A program made the translations under genes and the position numbers. From Phyllosticta citribraziliensis (lineage: Eukaryota), in assembly GCF_038025025.1 (NCBI RefSeq), contig NW_027117349.1:62001-126000 (forward strand): a stretch of 64,000 nucleotides of DNA. Direction: 5' to 3'. The notes below the pieces were generated by a model, which searched no databases, was not told the DNA's origin, and saw nothing but the letters and a program-made list of their open reading frames with translations. The first letter of the stretch is position 1. Each line of letters opens with the position of its first letter. Of this stretch, positions 51,131 through 63,496 are shown piece after piece.

Positions 51131-52522
51131 TCGATAAAGGCAGGGACATGGTTTGTAATGAATTGATGGACTGTATAGTCTGAATGTATAGACATCCTTT
51201 GAGGCGATCAGATGGAGAGGCTACTCATGCTTGGTCATGTGCTGTTCTCCGACTTGTTGGACTACACTGTCTCATCGATTTTGTCGCGCCCAACGAAATA
51301 ATCTCTTTGAGGAGCTGGACAATGTGATTGATGAGAATCGCATGCTTCGTCGGTAGGAATTGATTCGGTCCCTTGGAATGGATGATCACCATACACAAAA
51401 AGGCTTTCAAGCGAGGGAGTCGAAGACTTGTCTTATCATTGTGCACACTCTGGCGTCAGAATGGTATGGCCAAGCATCGGGGAGATTGAAGATTGACTGG
51501 AGATATCACTGAGCGGGTTTCCCGAATGCTATGCCCAGAGTGGCACGCACTTCCAAGTCAAACATGTCAGCTAGTGCGGTAAACACTGGCGGTGATGTTG
51601 TCGCAACATAGGTCACTAGCATCAGTTCTCAATTAGGGGTCTCTGTTGCCGAACAACACTCAGGGAGGATGCAACAGGTCATCCCAACAATACGTACTCA
51701 GTGAGAACGAGGACCATGGCTCGCTGGAGAACAAGATGCAGGTACACTGAGAGTTGGCTTCCTAGTTGCTGCTCCGGTGCCTAGATGCAGGACATGCATC
51801 CAGGGGTAAAGCTAATCCTGGTGCCCCAAGCGATGCATGGTACACCATGTTCTGGTCTCACTGGCCAGCAAATCGGCTGGGCTACCCTGAGCGATGTGGA
51901 GGCTCCCGCTGGCGTACCATTCTCGGTGCTTCCGCTCCAGGGAAGGCTACAGTAGCAAGGGATAGGGGAATCTGAAGTGCCGAAGGGTAGAGGATGGGTT
52001 GGTCGAGCTTTGGCAGCCATGACAGATGCTGGATTCGGTGAGAGCGATGCAGCCTGGGATGCACCTTGTAGAAAGCAGGAGACAGCTGGGAATAGCTTAG
52101 GGAAGGGGTGCTCTCAAAGATGGTGCTGTAGGAGTCGGAGGAGAGGCGGAGGGCGCTGTCAAAGTCGGTCCAACGATGCCGTGGAGTGCAACAAGGGTTG
52201 CGGTCAGGCCGAGAGCTGGTTGTCTTGTTTCCGCGTTGTTTGGATGGTTTCAAGTCGCAGTGGCACTTGTTGTAGTTGAACAGCACGGCGGGGTGGCGGG
52301 GGGCAACGGTTGGCGGCGACGGCGACCGGGACTTGTGGGGATTGCGCGCCTACCCTTACCAACAGGGTCTACCATGCCGACCGGGACGGAGTTTCTGTTT
52401 AGACCCCCTACGATACGATTCGACGACGACAACAACACTCAACCACCAGACGTCTCTCGCTGCGCCCTTCACTCCCCTCTTCACTTCTGCCAGAGCACAG
52501 CTGCCAATGAAGCGCACGCACC

Positions 52523-54681
52523 ATGGCTCCCCTTGAGCAGCAGTGGGTCATTGTGCAGCAGAAAACCTTCACCAAATGGTACGCTTACCGTAACCCCCCA
52601 CTCGCCCGCCGCCCTTTGTATCCAGGCAGGACCCCTCTCTAACGACCCTTTGCCACGCTTCTGCAGGCTGAACAGCAAAATCTCGACCCGTGGTCTCGTC
52701 ATCTCCGACCTTTGCACCGACCTATCCGACGGCGTACTCCTCATCCACCTGCTCGAGATCCTATCCCAAGAGTCCCTCGGCAAATATGCCGCCAAACCCA
52801 AGCTGCGCGTCCAGAAGTTTGAAAATGTCAACAAGGCGCTCGACTTTGTCCGCGGCCGTCATATCCAGATGGTCAACATGGGCGCCGAGGACATTGTTGA
52901 CGGCAACCGCAAGATCATCCTCGGCCTCATCTGGACCCTGATTCTGCGCTTCACCATCTCCGATATCAGCGACCAAGGTCTGAGCGCAAAGGAGGGTTTG
53001 CTGCTGTGGTGTCAGCGCAAGACGGCGTGCTATGACGAGGTCGACGTTCGGGACTTTTCAAGCAGTTGGAGCGATGGTCTGGCCTTGTATGTGAATGGGA
53101 TGCGATCAGAGGTGGCTTGAAACTGACAAAGGCTTGCAGCTGCGCCTTGCTTGATATTCACCGGCCGGATCTCATTGACTACGACGCCCTCGACAAAAGC
53201 GACCACCGCGGTAACATGAAGCTCGCCTTTGAACTCGCGGCCCAGGAAATCGGTATTCCAGACCTGCTCGACGTCGAGGACATTTGCGACGTTGCCAAGC
53301 CCGACGAGCGGTCGCTCATGACCTACATCGCCTATTGGTTCCACGCCTTCTCGCACATGGAGAAGGTCGAAAACGCGGGGCGTCGCGTGGAGAAGTTCGT
53401 GCAGAGCATGCAAGGCGCTTGGGAAATGCAAAACTCTTTTGAGCGGCGCATGAGGGAGCTCTTGCGTCACATTGCGGAGCAGCAGAAGAAGTGGGAAGAG
53501 GCCGTGTTTGACGGCTCGTATGCCGACGCCAAGGAGCAAGCGGCCGAGTTTACGCGCTACAAGAAGGGCAAGAAGCGGGAATGGGTCGCCGAAAAGTCTG
53601 ATTTGGTCGGGCTGTTGGGCAACATCAAGACGAAACTGGCAACTTACCGCTTGCACCCATACGATCCTCCGGAAGAGCTGAGCCTGGGCACGCTCGACAT
53701 CGTGTGGGCGAAATTGACAGAAGCTGAACGAGCCAGGAGCCAGGTCATCAACGAGACGATCAGAGAGTAAGTTGGATAGACGTCGTGCCTTGACGATACT
53801 GACAGACGCTACAGTATCAAAAATGCGCTACGCCGCTCGTTTGCCGACAAGGCCAATGACTTTGCGCTTGCCCTCAAGACGCTCTCGAGCTCCATTTCGG
53901 GACTCGAGGGCGACGTCGAAGACCAGCGCAAGCACACGCAACTGCTGAGCGAGAGCTTGGGGCCGCTGGACCAATATTTGGATATGATTTCCGGGCTTGA
54001 CCAGCAGTGCATCGAGGCCAACATCGAGGAAAACGACTACACGACGTACACGTACGACGAGCTGGACTACGAGCTCGGATTGGTCAAGGCTAGTGTTTCG
54101 AAGAAGCTCGCCTTTTTGGAGAATCAGATGGTGGCTCGCAACATGACCAACCTGACGCCGTTCCAGCTGGAGGAGTTTGAGTCGGTGTTCCGGCACTTTG
54201 ACCGCGACTTGAGCAACTCGTTGGCGGAGCTTGAGTTTTCGGCGGCGCTGGCCAGCCTGGGATTGATATACGACGAGGACGAAATGCACGAGAGGTTCAT
54301 GGAGACCAGCCAAGGGACAAACTACGTGACATTTGAGCAGTTCATCCGGTTCATGGTGGACGAGACGGAGGATCAAAACACGGCCGAGCAAGTCTTTGAG
54401 AGTTTCAAGGAGGTGGCAGACGGCAAGGTAGGCGAGCAACGGCCCGAGGTGACGTCTGAGGGATGCAGCTGACACAGTGGCAGCCATACGTGACCGAGAT
54501 GGACCTCCGCCACTCGCTCGTGCCAGACGAGATCATCGACGACCTGGTCAAGACGATGCCGGCGCACAAGGGCCCGGACTTGCAAGAGGACCGCGACCTC
54601 GCCAAGTACGACTACATCACGTACATGAACCATTTCATGGGGAGCGACAAGAACGGAGCGACCAACGGATCATCGCACTGA
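52523..54681 (+). CDS. ain1: Alpha-actinin (2 CH domains, spectrin repeats, EF-hands); 5 exons
   Basis: 'QQKTFTKW|LN', 'DLSDGVLLIHLLEIL', 'GAEDIVDGNRKIILGLIWTLILRF', 'SAKEGLLLWCQRKT', 'KPDERSLMTYIA', EF-hand 'FRHFDRD'. Confidence 0.93.
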
Positions 54682-56110
54682 GGGGAGAAGCGAAGGAGCA
54701 ACCCAAGTTGGTGGAGATGGCGCGTGCTGTGGCGCTGAGCACGGCGGCCTTGTCTTTTTTGGCTCACTGCCGCTCCTTTTTTTTTTTCTCCCCCTCTCAT
54801 ATTTCGTTCCCCCTTTGATCTGCATTGGAGCGGCATTGACGGCTCTTCTCTCGATGCGGAGAGAGAGGAGTTTGAATCTTTTCTTGACAAGCAGCGGCGT
54901 TTCTTTTGTATTTTGTAGATACCTGGAGTGGACAGATTTTATTTCATGGACAGGGCATAGTCAAGGTGGGGAGGCGCATGTAATTAGCTCAGCGTCACGG
55001 CAGCAGGGCGCGCAACGGGGAGACGGGAAGAGCGGGAGGGCGTGGGAATTTTGATAAATTCAAAGAGAATAAATTCAGAACGAGATCGATGGCCATGGGC
55101 GATGTGCATGGATGGATTTGGACGAGGTGGTGAGGTGGGCGTTTTCTGAAACACGGAGGGCAGCGTGGTGAAGCAAGGACGGATCGTGGGCGGCGGCGCG
55201 ACAGTTTTGGCTTCACGTCGGCGGCCGCACGACGACGACAGCTGAGAGCTTTGAGTACGGGATTGGAATGCGTCGAAAGAAGGGCGTTGGCTGTTAGGGG
55301 ATGGTTGGTGCGGTGCGGTAGGGCGAGCGGTAGTTGGTTCTTTTAGCACGAGGGAGAGGGAGAGGGACAGAGAGACCCCGACGGCGACCCCTGCCTACAG
55401 TACCCTACTCTACCCTACCCCGACTGAGACCCCGGCAGGGCTAAGGGCGCGCTAGCACCGCCAGCCAAGTAGGCAAGTTACTGAGGTGCCCGCGCCCGCC
55501 CCGCCGCCCCTGGAGCTGGAGACTGCCACGGAGCACCTCTCACCTCTCACCACTCACCTCTCACCTCTCTCCCTCTCTCTGACCGCTGCCGTCCAACCAT
55601 CTGCTCCCGTCGCCTTCGTCTGTCGCCCACGTCACATCCACACGACACACGACACACGACACGCTCCACGTCCACCTCTGCAGAATTCCCCAACCCAACT
55701 ACTCTCCTCACTGTTGGTCTCTACCCTCGGCTCAGATCACCACCCAGTCGGTGCCATCCGCCCACCAGTGCCCGTCGCTCGCTGCGCGCGCGCATGAGCC
55801 TCAGCGACTCCATTCCCTCTCCGTTCCATACATGTAATTGCTGCCCCTCGCTCGCCCCTATACCCTCCGTCGACGACTCCTCCCGCCGCCGCCTGGACCT
55901 CCTCCACTACCCACCTCCCGGGAGCCTGACTCTGACCTGAACAATCTCTCCACCCTTCCCACATACCCTCCCCATCGAGACCCGCTCTGCTGCCCTCATC
56001 TGCTCCTGGCCACCGCAACCACGGACAATCACCACCACCGACTTGCCTCTCCTCACGCCCCCCACCCGACTGCACTTCGCGCTCTCTCGCCCGGAGACGA
56101 GTCGCTCGTC

Positions 56111-58891
56111 ATGGCGTCAGGCTCGCACCCGTAAGTTGTCTTGTTGCGTCCCCCCAAAGATCCGTTTGTCCTTGCTGCCCGCCGAGCCTGCCCTCTGCCA
56201 TCCCATCGCAGTTCGCTTGACAAAGACGGCGCCCGAGATGTGCGCCTCGCCCGAGCTTTGACTCCCAGGCGGTGTCCGGCTGACCCCTTGTCCTTCCAGA
56301 ATGTATACCCGCGAGCAATTCATGAATCCGGGTCCCGCGCCCCGTCCTCCCACCGACCGCCCGCGACTCGCCCTCACTCCTTCTGTCAACAACCTCCCGG
56401 GGAACATGTCGCAGATGAGCCTCAATTCCATGACGCTCAATGGCTCGACCCTAAACGGCTCCTCCACCTCGCTGGCCCGCGCCTCGACCTCCTCGGAGAA
56501 GACGGGCGGAATCATCAAGGATGGCTACGCCAAGGTCAAGGAGGATGGCATCGTCAAGGGCATGTTTTGGAACGAGCGCTTCCTCGTCCTCCGCGAGTAC
56601 CAGCTGGACTTTTACAAAAACAACAACACCCCAAAAGTCTCCTTCACCATCCAACTCCGCGATGTGACCAACATTCAGCGGTCGGAAGACTACCCGTTCT
56701 CCTTTGAGATTACACGAACAACCAGCACCGCCAGCGCCGCCTCGCCGCCCCGCGATGGCCCCACCAAGCTGCTCATTTGCAAGGTCGAGACGGACGATGA
56801 AGTCTATGGTTGGATAGACTCCATCTACCAGCGCTGCCCCAGCATGGGCGGCGTGAGCAACCCCACCAACTTCACCCACCGCGTCCACGTCGGCTTCGAC
56901 CCCACTAGTGGTGCCTTTGTCGGACTGCCGACCGAGTGGGAGAGGCTGTTGACAGCGTCTGCCATCACCAAGGACGACTACCAGAAGAACCCCAAGGCCG
57001 TCCTGGAAGTTCTCGAATTCTACACTGAGAAGCTTGTCAAGCGTGACGACCAACCTCAATTCTCCGGTAGCGTCACCCCTTCGCCAACCAGCGAGAGCCC
57101 TAACAAGGGTCTTGGTTACACCGCCGGTGGCAATTCTGTAGCTCCTCCACGCCCCGCACCACCCAACGGCTACCAGCGCCAGGACAGCTACAGTACCGTC
57201 AAGACTAATGGAAGCGGCACTAGCCAGCAATCATACCAGCAGTCTCAAGCCGACGCACGCCTTGAAGAGGAGAGACGCCGCAGGAAGGAAGACGAGCTGC
57301 GGAGGCAGCGCGATAGGGAGGACCAGCGTCGGGAAGCCGAGCGCAGGGAACGCGAGGAACTGGCCGCATACAATGCCTCCCTCCCTCAAAAGTCGCTTCC
57401 TATGGCCAAGCAAGAAATCGGTGGCGGTTACGATGATAGGAATGGCAGCCCTGCGCGTGCCCAGCAAGACCGTTACAACCCCTCGCGTCCGGCACCGTCG
57501 ACGCCGAACAAGCAGCCCCCGGGCGCCCTCCGACAAATGGCCGCCCAGCGTCCTGCTCCGCCCGCACCAAGCAAGTCTGCTAATGGCAGTTCGACCAAGA
57601 TTCCACTCGCAAACCACAAGCCCCACCCTAGCCAGCAGAGGTACGCTAATCCTGTGCGGACATCATTCATGCTTGTTGCTAATCTAGTGTCTGCAGCGCT
57701 CGCATCCCAGCAGCACCGAAGCCTCTCAATGTTGCCACCAAGCAGCCCACGGGCGCTCCGAAGAGTGATGCTGTCAAGGCCGCCGAGGCCGCTCTTACTG
57801 GCCCCGCGAAGAAGGAGGAGGCTCCCCGCAAGGAGGTCCGCATGTCGAGCATGTCCGAGAATGAGGTCATGGCCAAGCTCCGTGAGGTCGTCTCCAAGGA
57901 TAAGCCGCTTGAGTCGTACAACAAGCAAAAGAAGATTGGCCAGGGCGCATCTGGTTCCGTCTATGTCGCCAGGATCCGTGAGAGTGCTCCCTCGCCAATG
58001 GCGCGGCAACTGTTGGCCGCGAACGGACCTCGCGCCCAGGTCGCCATCAAGCAGATGGACCTCCGCAACCAGCCCCGTAAGGAGCTCATTGTCAATGAAA
58101 TCATCGTCATGAAGGACTCCAAGCACCCGAATATTGTCAACTTCCTCGATGCCTTTCTGCAAGAGGAGCAATCGGAGCTGTGGGTCGTCATGGAGTTTAT
58201 GGAGGGTGGTGCCTTGACGGATGTCATTGACAATAACCCGTCCATCAGCGAGGACCAGATCGCTACCATTTGTTTGGAAGTGAGTGTCCCAAATTCAACT
58301 GCGTGAAAATCTTACTAACCCGATTCCAGACTTGCAAGGGTCTCGAGCACCTGCACAACCAGAACATTATCCACCGTGATATCAAGAGTGACAACGTTCT
58401 TCTTGACAGCCGCGGCAACGTCAAGATCAGTAAGTTCACACGAACCTGCCAAGAAGACCCATGCTTACACTGTTACAGCCGATTTCGGTTTCTGCGCCAA
58501 GCTCACCGAGCAACGCAGCAAGCGTGCCACCATGGTCGGTACTCCCTACTGGATGGCTCCCGAGGTCGTCAAGCAAAAGGAGTATGGCAGCAAGGTCGAC
58601 ATCTGGTCTCTCGGCATCATGGCTATTGAGATGATTGAGTCTGAGCCGCCCTACTTGAACGAGGAGCCGCTCAAGGCCCTCTACCTGATTGCGACCAACG
58701 GCACTCCCCGCCTTAAGAAGCCCGACAAGCTGTCCAAGGATCTCAAGGCTTTCCTCAGCGTCTGTCTTTGCGTCGACGTGCGCTCGCGCGCTACGGCCAC
58801 GGAGTTGCTGAGCCACGACTTCCTCAAGAACGGCTGCCCCGTACCCAGCCTGTCATCTCTCCTCGCTTTCCGCAAGAGCGGCTCTCACTAG
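56111..58891 (+). CDS. CLA4: PAK kinase Cla4/Chm1 (PH + CRIB + Ser/Thr kinase); 5 exons
   Basis: PH '[23 protein letters not shown]', CRIB '[16 protein letters not shown]', kinase '[10 protein letters not shown]', 'VAIKQM', 'HRDIKSDN', 'DFGFCA', 'GTPYWMAPE'. Introns 56131-56299, 57641-57696, 58280-58329, 58430-58478. Confidence 0.95.
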
Positions 58892-60399
58892 ATGACGAAC
58901 CTGGTGCACCCTGCACCTTGACCTGTTGATCTTCTTCCTCCATCTCTCCATTTTCCATCTCGGGCGTGCGGTTCTTACCCTTGACTACTTGTCTCTAATG
59001 AGAATCTATTTGATCCATTCCCTTCTGCAGCGCACAAGTTGGCTAGGAACCGAACGCTCCAGCAAGTCTCGTCCCTTGACGTGCGCTTCGTCCGTCGGCA
59101 ACCATTGCGCGCGTGCCAATTCGCCGGCAGCTTCACACCGTTACGCCTTTAGTTTTTAGAGATGATGATACCATGGAGCCGTTTACTTTTTTGCCTCTCA
59201 AGCGTCTCGATTCCTCTTTGTTGAGAAGTAGGAAGAACGCGAGCACGGGGGAGAGACGGAAGGACGAAGGGAAAACGGAACCGGTGAAGAGGACAAAAGA
59301 AGACACGATTCGATCCTGGTCAAGTTTCAACGGCATACAGGAACATACTTCAAACAACAACAATCCCTCAAAAAAGAATGAAAGATACCCAATTGCGACA
59401 ATCCAAAGCGGTCGATCGAATCAAATGATCGGGAGACATGGATGCTGGAAGAAAGAGGAAATTCAATCAAAACAAAGTCAGTCCAGTTAGCGAGATTTTT
59501 CTTTGGGTTCCGAGCAGAAGCAGCAGCAGGTAGCAGTTTTTGAAAATGGCGATGCGAAGAGTTTTCCTCCTTTTTTCCATTTTCTTCCTCTCTCCGCGTC
59601 TGTCTTGGGAGCATTCGTACACGTGTCTGTCTGTCTGTTTGCTTGCTTGCTTGTTTGCTTGTTGGTTTTTCAATGCAAGAGAGAACATTTTCTTCATTGT
59701 TAACTGTCTCCTTTGGCACAGTTCCTCTGCGTCGGCCTCTTTCGTCCTGCCCCGGTCTGCCACTTTCCTGGCCGGGACTTTCTTATCTTTCCTTGCGATC
59801 GCGCTCTAATCACCTTTTATCGTCGTTGTCCGTCTTTTGTTTCTCTGGGGAGGTGGAGTTTGGAGGCGCCTTTTTCTTCTTGTTTCTTTCCTCCCCTTCC
59901 TCTTCCTCCCTTCCCTCCCAACCCGGCCTTCTTGGAGCCAACGGAGCGCGTCATCAATGATTGGCGCGGCGGCGACGTCCTTGGCCGAGCCATGTCGGGT
60001 CTGGTGGGTGCGGGTGGACGATCAAGTGCAATGCATAGAGCGGGGCCAGATTGGACGGATGGGCGGACGGACGCAGACGGCAGAGGGGGGGTCCGCTCCG
60101 GTTGTGGGCAGAGTACTGATTGAGCGATGGATGAGATCACGGCCGCGGAACGAACGAACGACCTGATAGAGCGGGAGGGTCTGGGGCTACGGAGGCAGGC
60201 CGAGGGAGTGAGGGAAGGAAGGAAGGCTTTGCGCCGCCGTTGCGATGCACTGGCGAACGGGTTTCCATTGGGTTGGTGGGATGGGACGGGATGGAATCGG
60301 ATGGGATGCTTGTATTTGCACTTGCTAGGGCGCGCAATATGACTTGTCAAGACCACTTGCTTTGGCCGTCTTCTAATGTCTTGCTGACAGATACACAGG

Positions 60400-60648
60400 C
60401 ACAGTGGGTGTCGAAAGAAAAGCGACAGACCTGGCAACGTGAGTACAGCTACGGAGCATTCATCTACAACTGCAGTCGCGCTAATGGAGCTTTCATTCAC
60501 TGGTGCAGCCACACTTTGGGAGCTTTCATCTGCTGTCACAGTCGCGCTTGCTGGTGAGGAACATTCAATTACAATGGCAGGTTCGCTTAGGGAGCATTCG
60601 TTCACTGCTGCGTCTTAATCTAGAGTCTCGTTTCGTTGCGTCACTTCA
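60400..60648 (+). mobile_element. Copy D of CACAGTG-ended short repeat element (longest copy, 5 full subrepeats)
   Basis: Starts CACAGTGGGTGTCGAAAGAAAAAGCGACAGACC. Cores at 60453/60486/60519/60558/60591. Eroded right end CTAGAGTCTCGTTTCGTTGCGTCACTT. Confidence 0.75.
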
Positions 60649-62266
60649 GACGAAACACAACGCCTTCATCGCTCAGCCCAGCGTCCCACCATAGGCTCAA
60701 AACCTGGCGCACGTCCTCAAGGCTAGAATCGACACCGATGCGCTCGTCGTCGGGCACGGAGAAGTCGAGGCTGCTACGCAGTAACTGCTCACACAGTGGG
60801 CAGCCTGCCTGCTGCTGCCGCGCATGCCATTCGGCGAACAACGACGCCTGGAGCGGCACGGCTGTGGTCTGGCGCCCCAGGAGGTAGTCTCTCACAAAGT
60901 TGAAGTGATGGCGGGCGAACCAGCCGGCGCCAGGAGCGTCATCTGCGTCGTTGTCGTCGTCGTCGCTGCTGTACGTGTCCAGCAAGATGCGGCCGACGCA
61001 ATCGTGGTCCCAACCTTCGCTTGTCACGCCTACTGAGTCGATGAGGCGGCGCATGTGCAGCGAGAGGAGCGGAGGCTTCTTTGATGATGACGAGGAGGAG
61101 GTATTGGCAGCAGTGGACGAGAAGGTGTCTCGCAGCTGCGCCATCAGCTTCTCCCACGTCTGATCAGACTGTGGAAACACACGTTCCCCATCGTCATCTT
61201 CCCACCACTCACCCGCGTACTCGGTGAACGCGTCGCCGCTACAATCCTGGTACGGGGAAAGCAGGACGTAGTCGAGGCTGAGGTCGCGCAGCGTGCCGGC
61301 CACGCGCCCCACAAAGGCGAGCAGTGAGTCCGTCGACGTGATGAGCCGCGAAAGGCGTACTTTGGAGAGGTTTGGCGAGAGGGCAAACCCTTGGAAAGGC
61401 TTGAGCGAGTCTCGTCGGTGGAAGTCGTTGGCGCTGCACGAGTCGATTCCGCAGTCCAGATGCAGCGACTCGAGCGCGTTTTCGCGGTGGCTGCACAGGC
61501 AAGCCAGACTGCGGTTGTCGCAGTGCTCGTCATATTTTTCGCCGGGCTGGACGTCGCGCAGGTCGAGATGCTTGAGCATGCTGAAAAAGGATGCCGGTGG
61601 TGGCAGAATCTTGATGCTGCTGCTTTTGCCGTGCGCATCTCCTTCTGTCCTTCGTCTCCGCTGCTCCTCTTGGTACCGCCAGATGTTGTTGAAGCTTCGT
61701 CCCGACGCGTGGGCCCAGCGGACTGATTGTATCGTGCGGAACCAGCGAGCAGGGAAGCAGTGCATCCGCTGGGTCAAAGCGAGCAGGATGATGTCCATGG
61801 AGGGATCCCCCCACCCCATCGATCCCTCCCTCAACACGGACGATACGCGTTCGAGGTTCCGCAGCTCTCTAATGGCGCGGAAGAGCGCTCGCAGGGTGGG
61901 CAATATGGGATTGCTGGCTTGGAAGCCGTCCGGGTCGTCGAATGTCGCTAGGTAAAGATTCAAAAGGATGCAGTTTCGTTTGTCCTTGCAATCCGGAGCG
62001 CTGGCGCGAGTGAAGCGGCCCACTCCTGTCACCGCCACTAGCTCTTTGATGCAGAGAGCAAGCGCCGGGTTGGCGGCAATGCCAGACAGAGCTCGAATGC
62101 TGTCGGGGTCGAGTACGTCCACCTTGACTTCTCTGAAGAGGTGCCGCGACGTTGTGAGCCCAAATGACTGACTCACCAATCGCATGGACTGCAGCGTTGG
62201 GACGTCTGTTTGTCCGAGAATCAAGTCTTTGAGCTCCTCTGGGAGCTGCGGAAAGAGTGAAGACAT
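60641..62266 (-). CDS. F-box domain protein with LRR-like C-terminal region, intronless
   Basis: N-terminal 'LFPQLPEELKDLILGQTDVPTLQSMRLVSQSF..LFREVKV' is an F-box signature. 'LKHLDLRDV', 'LESLHLD', 'LSKVRLS', 'LRDLSLDYV' are LRR-like strands. First ATG at 62266. Confidence 0.78.
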   Translation of the reverse strand: MSSLFPQLPEELKDLILGQTDVPTLQSMRLVSQSFGLTTSRHLFREVKVDVLDPDSIRALSGIAANPALALCIKELVAVTGVGRFTRASAPDCKDKRNCILLNLYLATFDDPDGFQASNPILPTLRALFRAIRELRNLERVSSVLREGSMGWGDPSMDIILLALTQRMHCFPARWFRTIQSVRWAHASGRSFNNIWRYQEEQRRRRTEGDAHGKSSSIKILPPPASFFSMLKHLDLRDVQPGEKYDEHCDNRSLACLCSHRENALESLHLDCGIDSCSANDFHRRDSLKPFQGFALSPNLSKVRLSRLITSTDSLLAFVGRVAGTLRDLSLDYVLLSPYQDCSGDAFTEYAGEWWEDDDGERVFPQSDQTWEKLMAQLRDTFSSTAANTSSSSSSKKPPLLSLHMRRLIDSVGVTSEGWDHDCVGRILLDTYSSDDDDNDADDAPGAGWFARHHFNFVRDYLLGRQTTAVPLQASLFAEWHARQQQAGCPLCEQLLRSSLDFSVPDDERIGVDSSLEDVRQVLSLWWDAGLSDEGVVFRLK

Positions 62267-62552
62267 GTTGTTGTTGCTGCTACGGTCAACTGTTGTCGTC
62301 GGCAAGGAAGTGGCGTTGGCGGTAATGGAGAAGGCGCGAGGTAGAAGCGCGCTGCGTTAACTTAGATGCGACGCGTCGCCTCGTGACCGTTTGCGGCCAA
62401 GTTTTCCATCTATCTTAGCGATGGACCTGTCATGATTGATGCTGTACAATGAGCGGTGCGACGTTCTCATATGCTGTCTGGACTTTGTGGTTGTTCGCTT
62501 TTTATGCATGTGCGCGGCGCGTTTGCCGCTTTTGGTTCCACCACGGAGGTAG

Positions 62553-62737
62553 CACAGTGGGGTTCGAAAGAAATGAGACTCCCTAGGTTTACATGCAGCA
62601 GTGAATGCATGCTCCCTAAGCGCGACTGCAGTAGTAGATGATTGCTCTCTAAGTGTAGCTGTAGCAGTGAATGAATGCTCCCTAGATGTGCTCACATTGC
62701 TGGGAGGTCTGTCGCATTTCTTTCGGCACCCACGGTG
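62553..62737 (-). mobile_element. Copy E: best-preserved 185-bp element with both terminal inverted repeats
   Basis: Left CACAGTGGGGTTCGAAAGAAATGAGAC. The right end reads CACCGTGGGTGCCGAAAGAAATGCGAC on the - strand. Cores at 62578/62611/62644/62677 (33-bp period). Confidence 0.82.
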
Positions 62738-63496
62738 GGATTACGCGCCGCGCATGACTGCCATGCTGGTTGGACGGCTGTCAATTCCTGTCTATCGAGT
62801 AACGGGCTCCTACGCTCCTACCCCTGCAGAAATAGTGCCCTGTTCCATTTGGCGACGATGGAGATGGATCATCATGACCATTGGACTCCACTGACGATTC
62901 GTGTGGCGCATGCCCAGAACATGAAGCTTCATCGTGCCTGCCTCTGTGGAAGATTGAAGTGGATTCCATTGGCTTAGGAAGGCGACAGGTCTCTCGCGAG
63001 TTGTGTGCAAGGAGAATGAGGGGACGGCCAGTGTCATGACTGGAGAAAAAAGGACACAACAAGTCTCCTGAAACACACGATGCGAAAGAAAAAAGAAGAA
63101 GTCAAGAACACCGACCCGTCTGTTCCCATCTGTTGATTGCTCTTATCTATCAAATGTTCATGTCAAATCCATCGTATTGTCACCTACTGGATGCGGGTTC
63201 GAGTGTTGATCGAAGCGAAGATAGAACATCAGAAAGCAAGGCCGGATTGAAACTTGCGTACCATGTGCACCCAATGGAGTCTTTCTTAACGTGAAGATGA
63301 TTTCGGTGATTGAATGGTGGCCTAATGAATCGTCGAATCATTGACAACTTGAAGTGATTCCCTGGTCGTGAGGAGTGTTGTTGAAGCTCTGAAGGTTGCG
63401 TGTGCTTCGAGCATCGGTTGTGGTGAGTCGAATGAAGGTCGCAGGTCAAAAGTTTAGTATTTATAAATTGAAAAAGTCATAACTCATTCAATAACA

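Noticed and set aside
52507..52536. Out-of-frame upstream ATG overlapping the alpha-actinin start
   Set aside because: Weak context (C at -3) compared with the strong ACCATGG main start; no evidence of regulatory use.
59605..59622. GGGAGCATTCGTACAC resembling one element subrepeat
   Set aside because: Single short match with no second unit at 33 bp and no terminus; could be chance.
60445..60630. CRISPR-like array
   Set aside because: The 33-bp units are contiguous degenerate tandem repeats without unique spacers, in a eukaryotic genome with no cas genes.
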